NCBI GenBank assembly: GCA_963665325.3
Contig: CAXXWS020000004.1
Location: forward strand, 96,001-160,000
Direction of reading: 5' to 3'
DNA: 64,000 bases
Source: Alphaproteobacteria bacterium
Lineage (GTDB): Bacteria > Pseudomonadota > Alphaproteobacteria > Bin95
The first letter of the stretch is position 1, and each line of letters begins with the position of its first letter. The notes beneath the pieces are model-generated. The model did not search any database and was not told the origin of the DNA. It saw only the letters and a list, made by a program, of their open reading frames with translations. Shown piece by piece: positions 10,794 to 19,485 of this stretch. A program made the position numbers and the translations under genes.

Positions 10794-11654
10794 TCAGCCC
10801 TTCACTGCCCCCATTGTCATCCCCTTGATGAAGTAGCGCTGGAAGAACAGGAACACCACGAGCGTCGGCAGGCTCGCGATCAGCGACAGCGATCCCTGAA
10901 CCCCCCAGGCCACCGAATACTGGCCCTTCAGGTTCACGATCCCCAGCATGATGGTCCGCTTCTCGTCAGACTGGGTGAAGATGAGCGGCCACAGGAAGTC
11001 GTTCCAGACCCAGGTGAACTGGAGCGTCGCCAACACCGCCAGCGCCGGCAGGCTCAGCGGCAGCGCCACCCGGGTCAGCACCTGCCACTCGTTCGCGCCT
11101 TCCAAGATGGCCGCCTCGCGCAGCGCAGTCGGGACGGTAGCGAAGAAGTTGCGCATCAGGAGGGTGCAGATGGGGATGCCCATCGCGATGTGAATGATGA
11201 CGATGGGGTACAGCGTGTCGATCAGATCCATAGCGTTGAAGAGCCGGAACAGCGGGATCAGGATTGCCTGCGGCGGGAAGAACATGCCGGAGACGACGAC
11301 GAGAAAAAGCAGGTTGCTGCCTCGGAACGGCAGTTTGGCGAACACGTAGCCGGCCAGCGACCCCAGCGCGATCGAGGCCACGGTCGCAGGAGCGGTGACG
11401 AGAAGCGTGTTGGCGAAGTACCGGTGCACGGCCGGATTGCCAAGCACCTCGGCGAAGTTGCCCCAGTAGAGCTCGGACGGGACCGTCCACAGCGCGCCGA
11501 GCGCGATATCGCGGTTGGTCTTGATCGAGGACAGCAACACGCCGGCGGTGGGGGCCAGGAACAGCACCGCCAAGACCGCGAGCACGATGAAGATTACCGC
11601 AGGCCAGGGATTGAACCGCCTGCGCGCCGCCGGGACGAACACCGCGTCAGCCAT
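10794..11654 (-). CDS. Carbohydrate ABC permease (MalG type)
   Basis: EAAILEGA loop, WNDFLWPL, FFQRYFIKG. Confidence 0.95.
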   Translation of the reverse strand: MADAVFVPAARRRFNPWPAVIFIVLAVLAVLFLAPTAGVLLSSIKTNRDIALGALWTVPSELYWGNFAEVLGNPAVHRYFANTLLVTAPATVASIALGSLAGYVFAKLPFRGSNLLFLVVVSGMFFPPQAILIPLFRLFNAMDLIDTLYPIVIIHIAMGIPICTLLMRNFFATVPTALREAAILEGANEWQVLTRVALPLSLPALAVLATLQFTWVWNDFLWPLIFTQSDEKRTIMLGIVNLKGQYSVAWGVQGSLSLIASLPTLVVFLFFQRYFIKGMTMGAVKG

Positions 11655-12528
11655 GGAGTTCGTCGACCTTGCGCAGCTGGCGGAAGTAGAGGCGGATGAT
11701 GGTCAGCGCGATCAGGAACAGGACCACCGAAATGGCGCTGCCGTAACCCATCAGGTACTTCTTGAACGACTCGTTGTACATGTGCATGGCCAGCGTGTCG
11801 GAGCTGTTGAACGGCCCGCCGCCAGTCATGGTGTAGAGGATGTCGAACCCCTTGAGCGAGTTGATGACGTTGAGCGCGATCACCACCACGGTGGCTGGGG
11901 CGAGTAGAGGGATGACCACCAGGCGGATGCGCTGCTCAATGCGCGCGCCCTCGATCTCGCACACCTCCAGCAGCTCCTCGGGGATGGTGGTCAGCCCGGC
12001 CAGGAAGATCACCATCGAAAGGCCGGTCTGCTGCCACGACCAGGCGACGATCACCGACCACAACGCGCTGTCCGGCTTCGCCAGCCATGCGTAGTTGAAC
12101 CGCTCGCCGCTCACCGCCTCCACCATGGTGTTCAGCAGGCCCCAGTCCGGCTGGTAGATCCACACCCAGATCTGCCCGACCACAACGGCCGAGAGGCAGA
12201 TCGGGAGGTAGAAAATCGACTTGAACACCGACCCGCCGGGAATGCCGCTGTCGATCAGGAGCGCGAGCGCAAGCCCGAATACGGTCGGCACGACGATCGC
12301 TGCAACTATCCACAGCGCCGTGTTGATCGCGGCGTTGAGGAACAGCTTGTCGGTGTAGATCTTTATGAAGTTGTCGAAGCCGACGTAGTCGTAGTCGGGG
12401 TTGAAACCGTTCCAGTCGGTGAAGCTGTAGTAGAAGGAGCTTGCAAGCGGCCAGATCACGAACGCCGCGAAAACCGCAAGCGGCAACGCCAACAGAAGCG
12501 CCCTCCAGAAACGGTTCTCCCGTTCCAT
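11647..12528 (-). CDS. Carbohydrate ABC permease (MalF type)
   Basis: YSFTDWNG, VGFDNF, FLAGL..IP, MTGGGP. Confidence 0.95.
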   Translation of the reverse strand: MERENRFWRALLLALPLAVFAAFVIWPLASSFYYSFTDWNGFNPDYDYVGFDNFIKIYTDKLFLNAAINTALWIVAAIVVPTVFGLALALLIDSGIPGGSVFKSIFYLPICLSAVVVGQIWVWIYQPDWGLLNTMVEAVSGERFNYAWLAKPDSALWSVIVAWSWQQTGLSMVIFLAGLTTIPEELLEVCEIEGARIEQRIRLVVIPLLAPATVVVIALNVINSLKGFDILYTMTGGGPFNSSDTLAMHMYNESFKKYLMGYGSAISVVLFLIALTIIRLYFRQLRKVDELHG

Positions 12529-12605
12529 CCGTCACCGCTCATGCCGAAAGGTAGACGGGCCGCCGGGCGAATGCCGCCCGGCGCCCCCTCCACACAGGAC
12601 CGCGT

Positions 12606-13877
12606 TTACTCCGTGAATGCCTTGGCGGCATCCGCGGCGACCTGCGCCAGGATGTCGTCCAACTGGCTCGGGTCGTCCATGAAGCGCGAAAACATGGAGA
12701 GCCCGACCTCCGCCACCGGCGGCGGCGTCGCGAGGTCGTAGTTGAACGCAAAGTTGTCGGCCCCGGCCACGACGGCGGAGACCCGCTGCATGACCTCGCT
12801 GTAATTCGCCGGATCGACGTTCACATTGGCTGACAGCGCCCCGTATGCGGCGGTCCAGCTCGCCTGGACATCGGCGTTCGACATCATGTAGCTCAGGAAC
12901 GCCTCGGCGCCGGCGCGGTTCTCCCCGTCATTGGAGATGACCAGGCCGTCCACGGGTCCCACCACCGACGCAGGGACGCCGTCTGCGATGGACGGGAACG
13001 GGAAGAAGTCGTAGTCCTCGCCGGCCTTGAGCCCGTTCCCGTTCCAGTAGCCGGTGATCCAGGTGCCCATCAGGGTCATCGCCGCGTCGCCGCGGGCCAC
13101 CTTGTCCGACGCATCCGTCCACGAATCGGCATTGGCGTTCGGCGCGAAGTAGCCCTTGTCGGCTAGCTCCTTCCACATCGCCATGGCGGCCTTGACCTCC
13201 GCGTCGTCATAGGCGGCGGAGCCGTTCATCAGGCTCGCGCGGTAGTCGGGGCCGGCGGTGCCGAGCAGCAGGTAGTCGAACCAGAACTGGGCGGGCCAGC
13301 GATTCTTCGAGCCGAGCGCGATCGGCGTCACGCCCTTGCCCTTCAGCGTCTCGCAAAGCGCCAGGAACCCGTCCCAGGTCGTGGGCATGTCGGTGACGCC
13401 TGCGTCCGCGAGCACCTTGGTGTTATAGAACATGCCCGCGTAGTGGTAGTTGAAGGGCACCAAATAGCGCTTGCCGTTGTACATGGTGGCGCTGTCGGCT
13501 ACTGACTTTGCGACGACATTCTCGAGGCCGTCCCGGGCCCACATGTCGTCGATCGGGTGGAGGCCTCCGGAATCGACGACGAACTGCGTCCGCGCGCCAG
13601 CCCAGTAGCTGAAGACGTCCGGCAGGCTGTCGCCGGCCGCACGCACCAGGATATCGGTCTTGAAGTCCTCGTGACCGATGGGGCTGTTCTTGATCGTGTG
13701 GTCCGTAGCGGATTCGAACTTCGCGACCTGCTCGTTGAATATCTTGAGTCCGAACTCACCGGTGAAATAGTGGGTCAGGGTGACGTCGCCGCCTTGCGCA
13801 AAGGCGGGCGCCCCGAGAACCAGGGCCGGCACGACCCCCACGGCGGCCAGCAGACCGCGCCTGTTGAGCCAAATCAT
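12606..13877 (-). CDS. Sugar ABC substrate-binding protein
   Basis: Signal peptide, PDVF, GKRYLVP, FYN..L...GV, PTTWD, AAMTLMGTW. Confidence 0.93.
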   Translation of the reverse strand: MIWLNRRGLLAAVGVVPALVLGAPAFAQGGDVTLTHYFTGEFGLKIFNEQVAKFESATDHTIKNSPIGHEDFKTDILVRAAGDSLPDVFSYWAGARTQFVVDSGGLHPIDDMWARDGLENVVAKSVADSATMYNGKRYLVPFNYHYAGMFYNTKVLADAGVTDMPTTWDGFLALCETLKGKGVTPIALGSKNRWPAQFWFDYLLLGTAGPDYRASLMNGSAAYDDAEVKAAMAMWKELADKGYFAPNANADSWTDASDKVARGDAAMTLMGTWITGYWNGNGLKAGEDYDFFPFPSIADGVPASVVGPVDGLVISNDGENRAGAEAFLSYMMSNADVQASWTAAYGALSANVNVDPANYSEVMQRVSAVVAGADNFAFNYDLATPPPVAEVGLSMFSRFMDDPSQLDDILAQVAADAAKAFTE

Positions 13878-14128
13878 GGAATTTCTCCCGTGCGGTTGAC
13901 ATGCCAGCGCTCTCGGTGAGCGCCTCGGCAGTGAAGCGCATCGCTCCGAGCAGTGTCAACGAAAACGGGGCAAATGCACCAGGCGGTTATCGCACGCGAG
14001 CATATCGAACACCGCCCGCATGTGTTGCACGAGGGCGCGGAGTCCGCCTACTTTCGCAGCGTATCGGCACCGCGAGACGACCCAGCATGGCCAGTGCGTC
14101 TACTCGCTGCAGCGACGGGAGTTGACGA

Positions 14129-15226
14129 GTGATGTCCAGCGGTCCTATCGGAGTCGGCATCGTAGGCGCAGGCCGCATCTCCGATCTGCACGCCATCGAG
14201 TATCTGGCCAACCCGCAAGCGCGGATCGTGGCGCTTTGCGATGTCGACGCGGCGCGCGCGGCGGAGCGGGCGGCGGCCTGGGGCCTTAATGACGTCGCCA
14301 TCGACGATGACATGGACTCCCTGCTAGCCCGTCCGGACGTGGATCTTGTCGAGATCCTGCTGCCCCATCATCTGCATCTGGGATCGGCGCTGAAGGCCGT
14401 CGATGCCGGTAAGATCGTCTCGCTCCAGAAGCCCATGTGCATTTCGCTTGAGGAGGCCGACCGGCTTGTCGCCGCCGCCGAAGCCTCGGACCGCCCGTTC
14501 AAGGTGTTCGAAAACTTCCTGTTCTACCCCCCTGTCGTCCGGGCTCGGGAGTTGATCGCCGAGGGCGCGATCGGCACACCCCTCGCCATCCGCATCAAGA
14601 GCAATCCGGGGCGGAGCGCCACCGCCTGGGACGTGCCGGAAAGCGCCATCGCGTGGCGCCAGCGGCCCGAGCAGTCCGGCGGCGGGCCGCTGGTGTTCGA
14701 CGACGGCCACCACAAGTTCGCCCTCGCCTGGCACTTCATGGGCGAGCCCGAGGAGGTCCACGCCTTCATCGGGCAGACCGAAACGACGAACCGCCGGGAG
14801 CTGTTGGATGCGCCATCGATCGTGTCGTTCCGCTTTCCCTGCAATCGCATCGGCAACCTGGAGATCGTCTATTCGCAGGAACTGGAAATCGCAACCCGGC
14901 ACTATGCTCAGGACGACCGCGTGGAGATCACCGGCAGCAAGGGCGTGATCTGGTTGAACGGCGGCCATGGGCGCCTGGGCGACGCGGCACCGCTGGCGTT
15001 ATACCGGGACGGCACTCTCACCGAGTTCCGCGACCTGGAGACCGGCTGGGAGCAGAGCTTTGTGCTGTCCACCCGCCACTTTCTGGAGGTCGTGTTCGAG
15101 GGTGGGCGTCCGGTGCTGACCGCGCGCGAGGGCCGGCAGGTCCTGCGCTTCGCACTCGCCGCCTTGGAGTCTGCCCGGAAGGGCAGGCCGGTGCCGGTCG
15201 GGGCGGATGGAGGATCGAGCGCATGA
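14129..15226 (+). CDS. Gfo/Idh/MocA oxidoreductase
   Basis: VGIVGAGRI Rossmann motif, QKPM, GGG...DDGHH. Confidence 0.9.
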   Translation: MMSSGPIGVGIVGAGRISDLHAIEYLANPQARIVALCDVDAARAAERAAAWGLNDVAIDDDMDSLLARPDVDLVEILLPHHLHLGSALKAVDAGKIVSLQKPMCISLEEADRLVAAAEASDRPFKVFENFLFYPPVVRARELIAEGAIGTPLAIRIKSNPGRSATAWDVPESAIAWRQRPEQSGGGPLVFDDGHHKFALAWHFMGEPEEVHAFIGQTETTNRRELLDAPSIVSFRFPCNRIGNLEIVYSQELEIATRHYAQDDRVEITGSKGVIWLNGGHGRLGDAAPLALYRDGTLTEFRDLETGWEQSFVLSTRHFLEVVFEGGRPVLTAREGRQVLRFALAALESARKGRPVPVGADGGSSA

Positions 15227-17124
15227 GGAACGCCACTGGCGTGTCCGGATCGCTGCCGTCGTCGATGGACGGGAGAGCGGCCTGGCTTGCCGCGGCCGGC
15301 GGCCTGAACGCGGCCATCGATGCCGGGGGGCTTGGCGAACCGGTTGCCCTCCCTCTTGCCGAGGCGTTGGTGCTGGGCCTGATGCGTCAGGGGGTGACGA
15401 AGTATCTCGCGATCTTCGGACACGGCTCAACCGCGATCGGGGAGGTGTTGCGGGTTTACCAAGCCCACGGTCTGGTCCGATGCTGGCAGTTCCGCAACGA
15501 GGTCGCGATGGCGCACGCCGGAACTGCACTCCGCTGGGTGTACGGAGAGCCGTCCGCAGTGGTCACGTCCATCGGGCCGGGAGCGATGCAGGCCATGGCC
15601 GGATCGCTGGCGGCGGCTTCCAACGGCGTCGGCGTCTATCACCTCTACGGCGACGAGACCACTCACGGCGAAGGCTACAACATGCAGCAGGTGCCCAAGC
15701 CGGCACAGGGGCTTTTCGGGCAGATAACCGCGCTGATGGGCGAGTCCTGGACCCTGCATAGTCCCGGCGGGCTGCGGGCCGCGTTGCGCCGGGGCGCGAT
15801 GACCGTGTTCCACCCGTGGAAGGCCGGTCCGTTCTACCTGAACCTGCCGCTCAACACCCAGCCCGCAAAGACCTTGATCCGGCTCGATACCCTGCCGGTA
15901 GCTCCCGTGTTCTCCCCTGCCGCACCCGCCGGCGAGGATGCATACGCCGAGGGCGCAGCGCTCATCGCCGGCGCCCGGCGTGTCGCGGTCAAGGTCGGCG
16001 GAGGGGCGCGGTCCTTTGCCCGCGCGATCCGGGAGTTCGCGGAGTTGGCGGGCGCAGCGGTGGTGCTCAGCCCCGGCTCGACCGGGGTGATGCCCGACGA
16101 CCACCCGCAGAACCTGCACGTCGGTGGCTCCAAGGGAACCATCAGCGGCAATTTCGCGATGGAGGAGGCGGACCTGCTGGTGGTCATCGGCAGCCGGGCG
16201 GTGTGCCAGAGCGATTGCTCGGGGACGGGATGGCCGAAGGTCTGCCACGTCGTCAACATCAACGCCGATCCGGAGGACGTCCAGCACTACAACCGCACCT
16301 CTGCGCTGTGCGGTGATGCCGGAGCGGTACTGGAACGCCTGAACGACGTGCTGCGCCGCAATTATCCGCAGGCGCCCGCGAGCAAGCGGGAGTGGCTCGA
16401 CGCCTGCGCCGCAAAAAAAGCCGAGTGGCGGGCGTTCAGGGTCACGCAGCTCGATGCCGCCCCTCCCGTTGACACGGTCTGGCAGCGGGCGGTGTTGACC
16501 CAGCCCCAGGCGATCACGGTCACCGCAGCGTTCTGCAAGGCGCGGGGCGCCGTCAAGTTCTTCGACGCCGGCGACGTGCAGGCCAATGGCTTCCAGATCA
16601 TCGAGGACGACTCGCCATTCGAGACCTTTACCGAAGCCGGTGCGTCCTACATGGGGTTCTCGGTCTCGGCCCTGCTCGCCGGTGCGCTGGCCGAGAACGG
16701 GCGCTATGCCGTCGCCTTCACCGGCGACGGTTCGTTCACGATGAACCCTCAGGTCCTGATCGACGGCGTGGAGCACGGCGCTCGGGGCGCCATTGTCCTG
16801 TTCGACAACCGCCGCATGGGCGCGATCAGCCAGTTGCAGCAAGTGCAGTACGGAGCGGACTTCCGCACCTCGGACTCCGTGTCGGTGGACTACGTGCAAA
16901 TGGCGGCATCGGTCGCGGGAGTGAAGGCGCTGTCGGGAGGTTTCGATCCGTCCTCCCTGACCGCAGCGCTAGAAGAAGCGTTTGATTACGATGGCCTCAG
17001 CCTCATCCATGTCCCAGTCTATTTCGGGGACGACCAGCAGGGTGGCATGGGCGCCTACGGGCGTTGGAATGTCGGGAACTGGTGTGACGACGTACAGGAC
17101 CGCTACGTGCGTACATTGATTTGA
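15223..17124 (+). CDS. Thiamine-diphosphate-dependent enzyme, IolD-like
   Basis: ATGA coupling, IFGHG, RNE..MAH, TSIGPG, SYMGF, TGDGSF..N, DNRRMGAI TPP motif. Confidence 0.85.
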   Translation: MRNATGVSGSLPSSMDGRAAWLAAAGGLNAAIDAGGLGEPVALPLAEALVLGLMRQGVTKYLAIFGHGSTAIGEVLRVYQAHGLVRCWQFRNEVAMAHAGTALRWVYGEPSAVVTSIGPGAMQAMAGSLAAASNGVGVYHLYGDETTHGEGYNMQQVPKPAQGLFGQITALMGESWTLHSPGGLRAALRRGAMTVFHPWKAGPFYLNLPLNTQPAKTLIRLDTLPVAPVFSPAAPAGEDAYAEGAALIAGARRVAVKVGGGARSFARAIREFAELAGAAVVLSPGSTGVMPDDHPQNLHVGGSKGTISGNFAMEEADLLVVIGSRAVCQSDCSGTGWPKVCHVVNINADPEDVQHYNRTSALCGDAGAVLERLNDVLRRNYPQAPASKREWLDACAAKKAEWRAFRVTQLDAAPPVDTVWQRAVLTQPQAITVTAAFCKARGAVKFFDAGDVQANGFQIIEDDSPFETFTEAGASYMGFSVSALLAGALAENGRYAVAFTGDGSFTMNPQVLIDGVEHGARGAIVLFDNRRMGAISQLQQVQYGADFRTSDSVSVDYVQMAASVAGVKALSGGFDPSSLTAALEEAFDYDGLSLIHVPVYFGDDQQGGMGAYGRWNVGNWCDDVQDRYVRTLI

Positions 17125-17151
17125 CCTTGCCCGCAAAAGTGGAGCGAGCCC

Positions 17152-17342
17152 GGCTTCCGCCACCGGTAGCCCGGCGGCGCCGAATAGCTCAGCATCTTCT
17201 TCACCGTCCGGCGGTCGATCCCGAACCGCCGCATATAGCTCCACGCCATACATCTCCCGCCCCGCGCCGATACCGACAAGGAGCTACAGATGGCGCAATT
17301 TCGCACCGCCGCGACCGGACCGCCCGGTCGCTACTCGTGGAG
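17152..17342 (-). mobile_element. Degenerate IS21 left-end remnant (diverged isoform, internal deletion); continues at 18747-18766
   Basis: Similar to 9133-9375 (MYGVELYAA, IDRRTVKKMLSYSAPPGYR). The IRL is split by the IS110 element. Confidence 0.88.
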
Positions 17343-17359
17343 GATCTGTGGACGCCTCC

Positions 17360-17639
17360 ATTGGTGCAAGCCTTTACTTCGGACAGTTCGGGTCATGCGG
17401 TCAGGTGCAGTCATCTGTCCGGCCTCGTGGTGCGGCTGGATTGACGCCGCAGGCCTGTATGGAGATGCGCGGACCGGATCCAAGATCATTATTGCGGGCT
17501 TGAGTGGCCCTTTATTGCGGGCTTGAGTGGCCCTTGCTCCACGACTGGTTTTTCCGGTCCCGTCTCGATTGACCGTTTGCCCTTACTCGTCCTCCGACCT
17601 GCTCACACCCCCGACGGCTTCCTGCTGTTCGCCTCTTGC
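17360..17639 (-). ncRNA. Predicted bridge RNA / seekRNA of the IS1111-type element (boundaries approximate)
   Basis: Segments match both halves of the insertion target (17535-17544, 17487-17493) and both halves of the circle junction (17459-17464, 17412-17418). Each pair is separated by a hairpin, with closing stem GGACCGGA/TCCGGTCC. Confidence 0.8.
17489..17534. repeat. Perfect 23-bp tandem duplication TTATTGCGGGCTTGAGTGGCCCT x2
   Basis: 17489-17511 equals 17512-17534. Confidence 0.95.
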
Positions 17640-18662
17640 TCAGGCTGCAGCAGGAGCCCGGTAGTCCTCCTTCTTCGTTGTCAGCGCCCAGATGATGCGC
17701 GCAATCCGGTTGGCCAGCGCCACGGCGACCAGCTTGCGCGGCTTGCGCGCCAGCATCCGGGCCAGCCAGGGGTCCGTCGTCCGGCCACGCCGTACGGCCC
17801 AGCTGACGACAGCCATGGCGCCCGAGATCAGCAATCGTCTCAGATCGCGCTGGCCCATCTTCGATATCCTGCCGAGCCGCGGTTTGCCGCCGGTCGTGTG
17901 CTGGCGCGGCACCAGTCCAAGCCAGGCGGCAAAGTCGCGGCCGCGACGGAAGCTCTCCATCGGCGGCGCGAAGGCCTGGACCGCCATCGCGCCGATCGGC
18001 CCGATCCCCGGGATCGTCATCAGACGCGCCGCCTCTTCGTCCTGACGCGCGCTGGCGCGGATCTCCTTTTCCAACCCGCCAATCTTCTCATCGAGATCGG
18101 CGATCCGGTCGAGTAAAAGGCCGCCCAACCTGCGCACCGCGCCCGGCAGGCTCAATCCCGGATCATCGAGGGCTGATGCCAGCCGACCGACATGAGCCGG
18201 ACCCTGCGGCGCCACGACACCGAACTCCGACAAATGGCCGCGTAGCGCATTGATCGTCTGCGTGCGCTGGCGCACCAGGAGGTCGCGCGTATGAAACAAC
18301 ATTGCCCTGGCCTGCTGCTCTTCCGTCTTCACTGCCACAAAGCGCATGGTCGGGCGCTGCGCCGCCTCGCAGATCGCCTCCGCGTCCGCAGCGTCGTTCT
18401 TGTGCCGCTTCACATACGGCTTCACGTAAACCGGCGGGACCAGCCTCACGTCGTGGCCGAACCGCATCATCTCCCGGCCCCAATTGTGAGCGCTCGCGCA
18501 AGCCTCCATCGCCACCGTGCAGCGCGGCTGCGAGGCGACGAAGTCGAGCAGCTTTCCCCGGCTCAACTTCCGGCGAAACGCCACCGATCCATCCGACCGA
18601 GCTCCATGAACCTGAAAGCTGCGCTTCGCCAGATCGATCCCGATGATGCTAACCTCTTCCAT
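17640..18662 (-). CDS. IS110-family DEDD recombinase/transposase
   Basis: GIDLAK, AMEAC, KNDAADAEAI, TIPGIG, WLGLVPRQHTTGGK..LGRISKMG...LR, AVALANR. Strong RBS GAAGGAGGAGG. Confidence 0.95.
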   Translation of the reverse strand: MEEVSIIGIDLAKRSFQVHGARSDGSVAFRRKLSRGKLLDFVASQPRCTVAMEACASAHNWGREMMRFGHDVRLVPPVYVKPYVKRHKNDAADAEAICEAAQRPTMRFVAVKTEEQQARAMLFHTRDLLVRQRTQTINALRGHLSEFGVVAPQGPAHVGRLASALDDPGLSLPGAVRRLGGLLLDRIADLDEKIGGLEKEIRASARQDEEAARLMTIPGIGPIGAMAVQAFAPPMESFRRGRDFAAWLGLVPRQHTTGGKPRLGRISKMGQRDLRRLLISGAMAVVSWAVRRGRTTDPWLARMLARKPRKLVAVALANRIARIIWALTTKKEDYRAPAAA

Positions 18663-18746
18663 GGATGCCTCCTCCTTCAGGGGGTTCGAATGCACCACCA
18701 CCTTGGCACATCGCGATGCCGGCGGGAGGAGGCGTCCACTCCATCA

Positions 18747-18766
18747 TTATTCCGCCGCCGTTAACA
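18747..18766 (-). mobile_element. Outer tip of the interrupted IS21 IRL
   Basis: rc is TGTTAACGGCGGCGGAATAA, identical to 6543-6562. Confidence 0.9.
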
Positions 18767-18800
18767 CCATGATCCCGCGCTTCATTCATGCCACCTCACG

Positions 18801-19152
18801 CCGCCGGCAACACCGGTATGGTTCAGTTGCGTTGCGCCAAGGCTTCAGACAGCGGCAATCTCGACCTCGACGCTGTGGACGCAGGTGCTCTCGCCCATGT
18901 CCGACTTGATGCTGGGGTTGAGGACATTGACGTTGGCGCGCGTGCCTTCCTGACGCGGCCAGCGGCCCTTGGGGCTGAGCGCAACGCCTTGCGGGATGGA
19001 CCCGGCAACCGCCAGCGCAAGCTCCAGGCTGCCGGTCTCGTTGCTGAGCCGCACCTGCTGCCCTTCGGTCAAGCCGCGAGCCGCCGCGTCCTCCGGATGC
19101 AGCGCCACCGTCGCTTCGCCCATGAGTTCGCCGACGCGCCGATCGTTGGCAT
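18801..19152 (-). pseudogene. Duplicated 3' end of the molybdopterin oxidoreductase gene
   Basis: Colinear with 45873-46224, no indels, about 15 substitutions in 352 bp by eye. Confidence 0.92.
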
Positions 19153-19272
19153 GTCCGGCGTAGCTGCGGGTTGTGGTAGCTCGCCAGCGATGACAGTTGG
19201 GTTAGATGTATCTGGTTGTGCCGTCCGATTGTGTTGCCGGTCGTCCTGCCAGTTCCATGGCAGGAGTTCGTC
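19153..19272 (-). mobile_element. IS66 tnpC 3' remnant
   Basis: Minus frame reads DELLPWNW, the typical TnpC terminal motif. Confidence 0.55.
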
Positions 19273-19466
19273 GCCGAAGCCGTACGGCGGTGGGTCGCCG
19301 CCGCGGGAAGCCGGAGCGCCTTCATCGAGCCGGGTTCGCCTTGGGAGAATGGCTACATCGAGAATTTCAATGCGCGGCTGTGCGACGAGTTCCTGAACGG
19401 GGAGATCTTCTACACCCTCAAGAAAGCCCAGGTTCTCGTCGAAGCCTGGCGACACCATTACAATGC
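19264..19466 (+). mobile_element. IS3-family transposase (integrase core) remnant
   Basis: EFVAEAVRRW..FIEPGSPWENGYIENFNARLCDEFLNGEIFYTL..A...VEAWRHHYN. Confidence 0.85.
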
Positions 19467-19485
19467 CGCGGGCCGTACCGGCCGC

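Larger units (their letters stand above)
17345..18746 (-). mobile_element. IS110-family, IS1111-group insertion sequence
   Basis: Perfect 12-bp subterminal IR GTGGACGCCTCC (17348-17359 and 18728-18739), offset about 3 and 7 nt from the ends. No target duplication. Long non-coding region downstream of the transposase. Confidence 0.92.

Noticed and set aside
14653-15222. 823-aa version of the TPP enzyme
   Set aside because: Overlaps the Gfo/Idh/MocA gene; the coupled ATG at 15223 is the plausible start.
17489-17534. CRISPR-like repeat
   Set aside because: Two adjacent units with no spacer and no cas genes; it is a tandem duplication.
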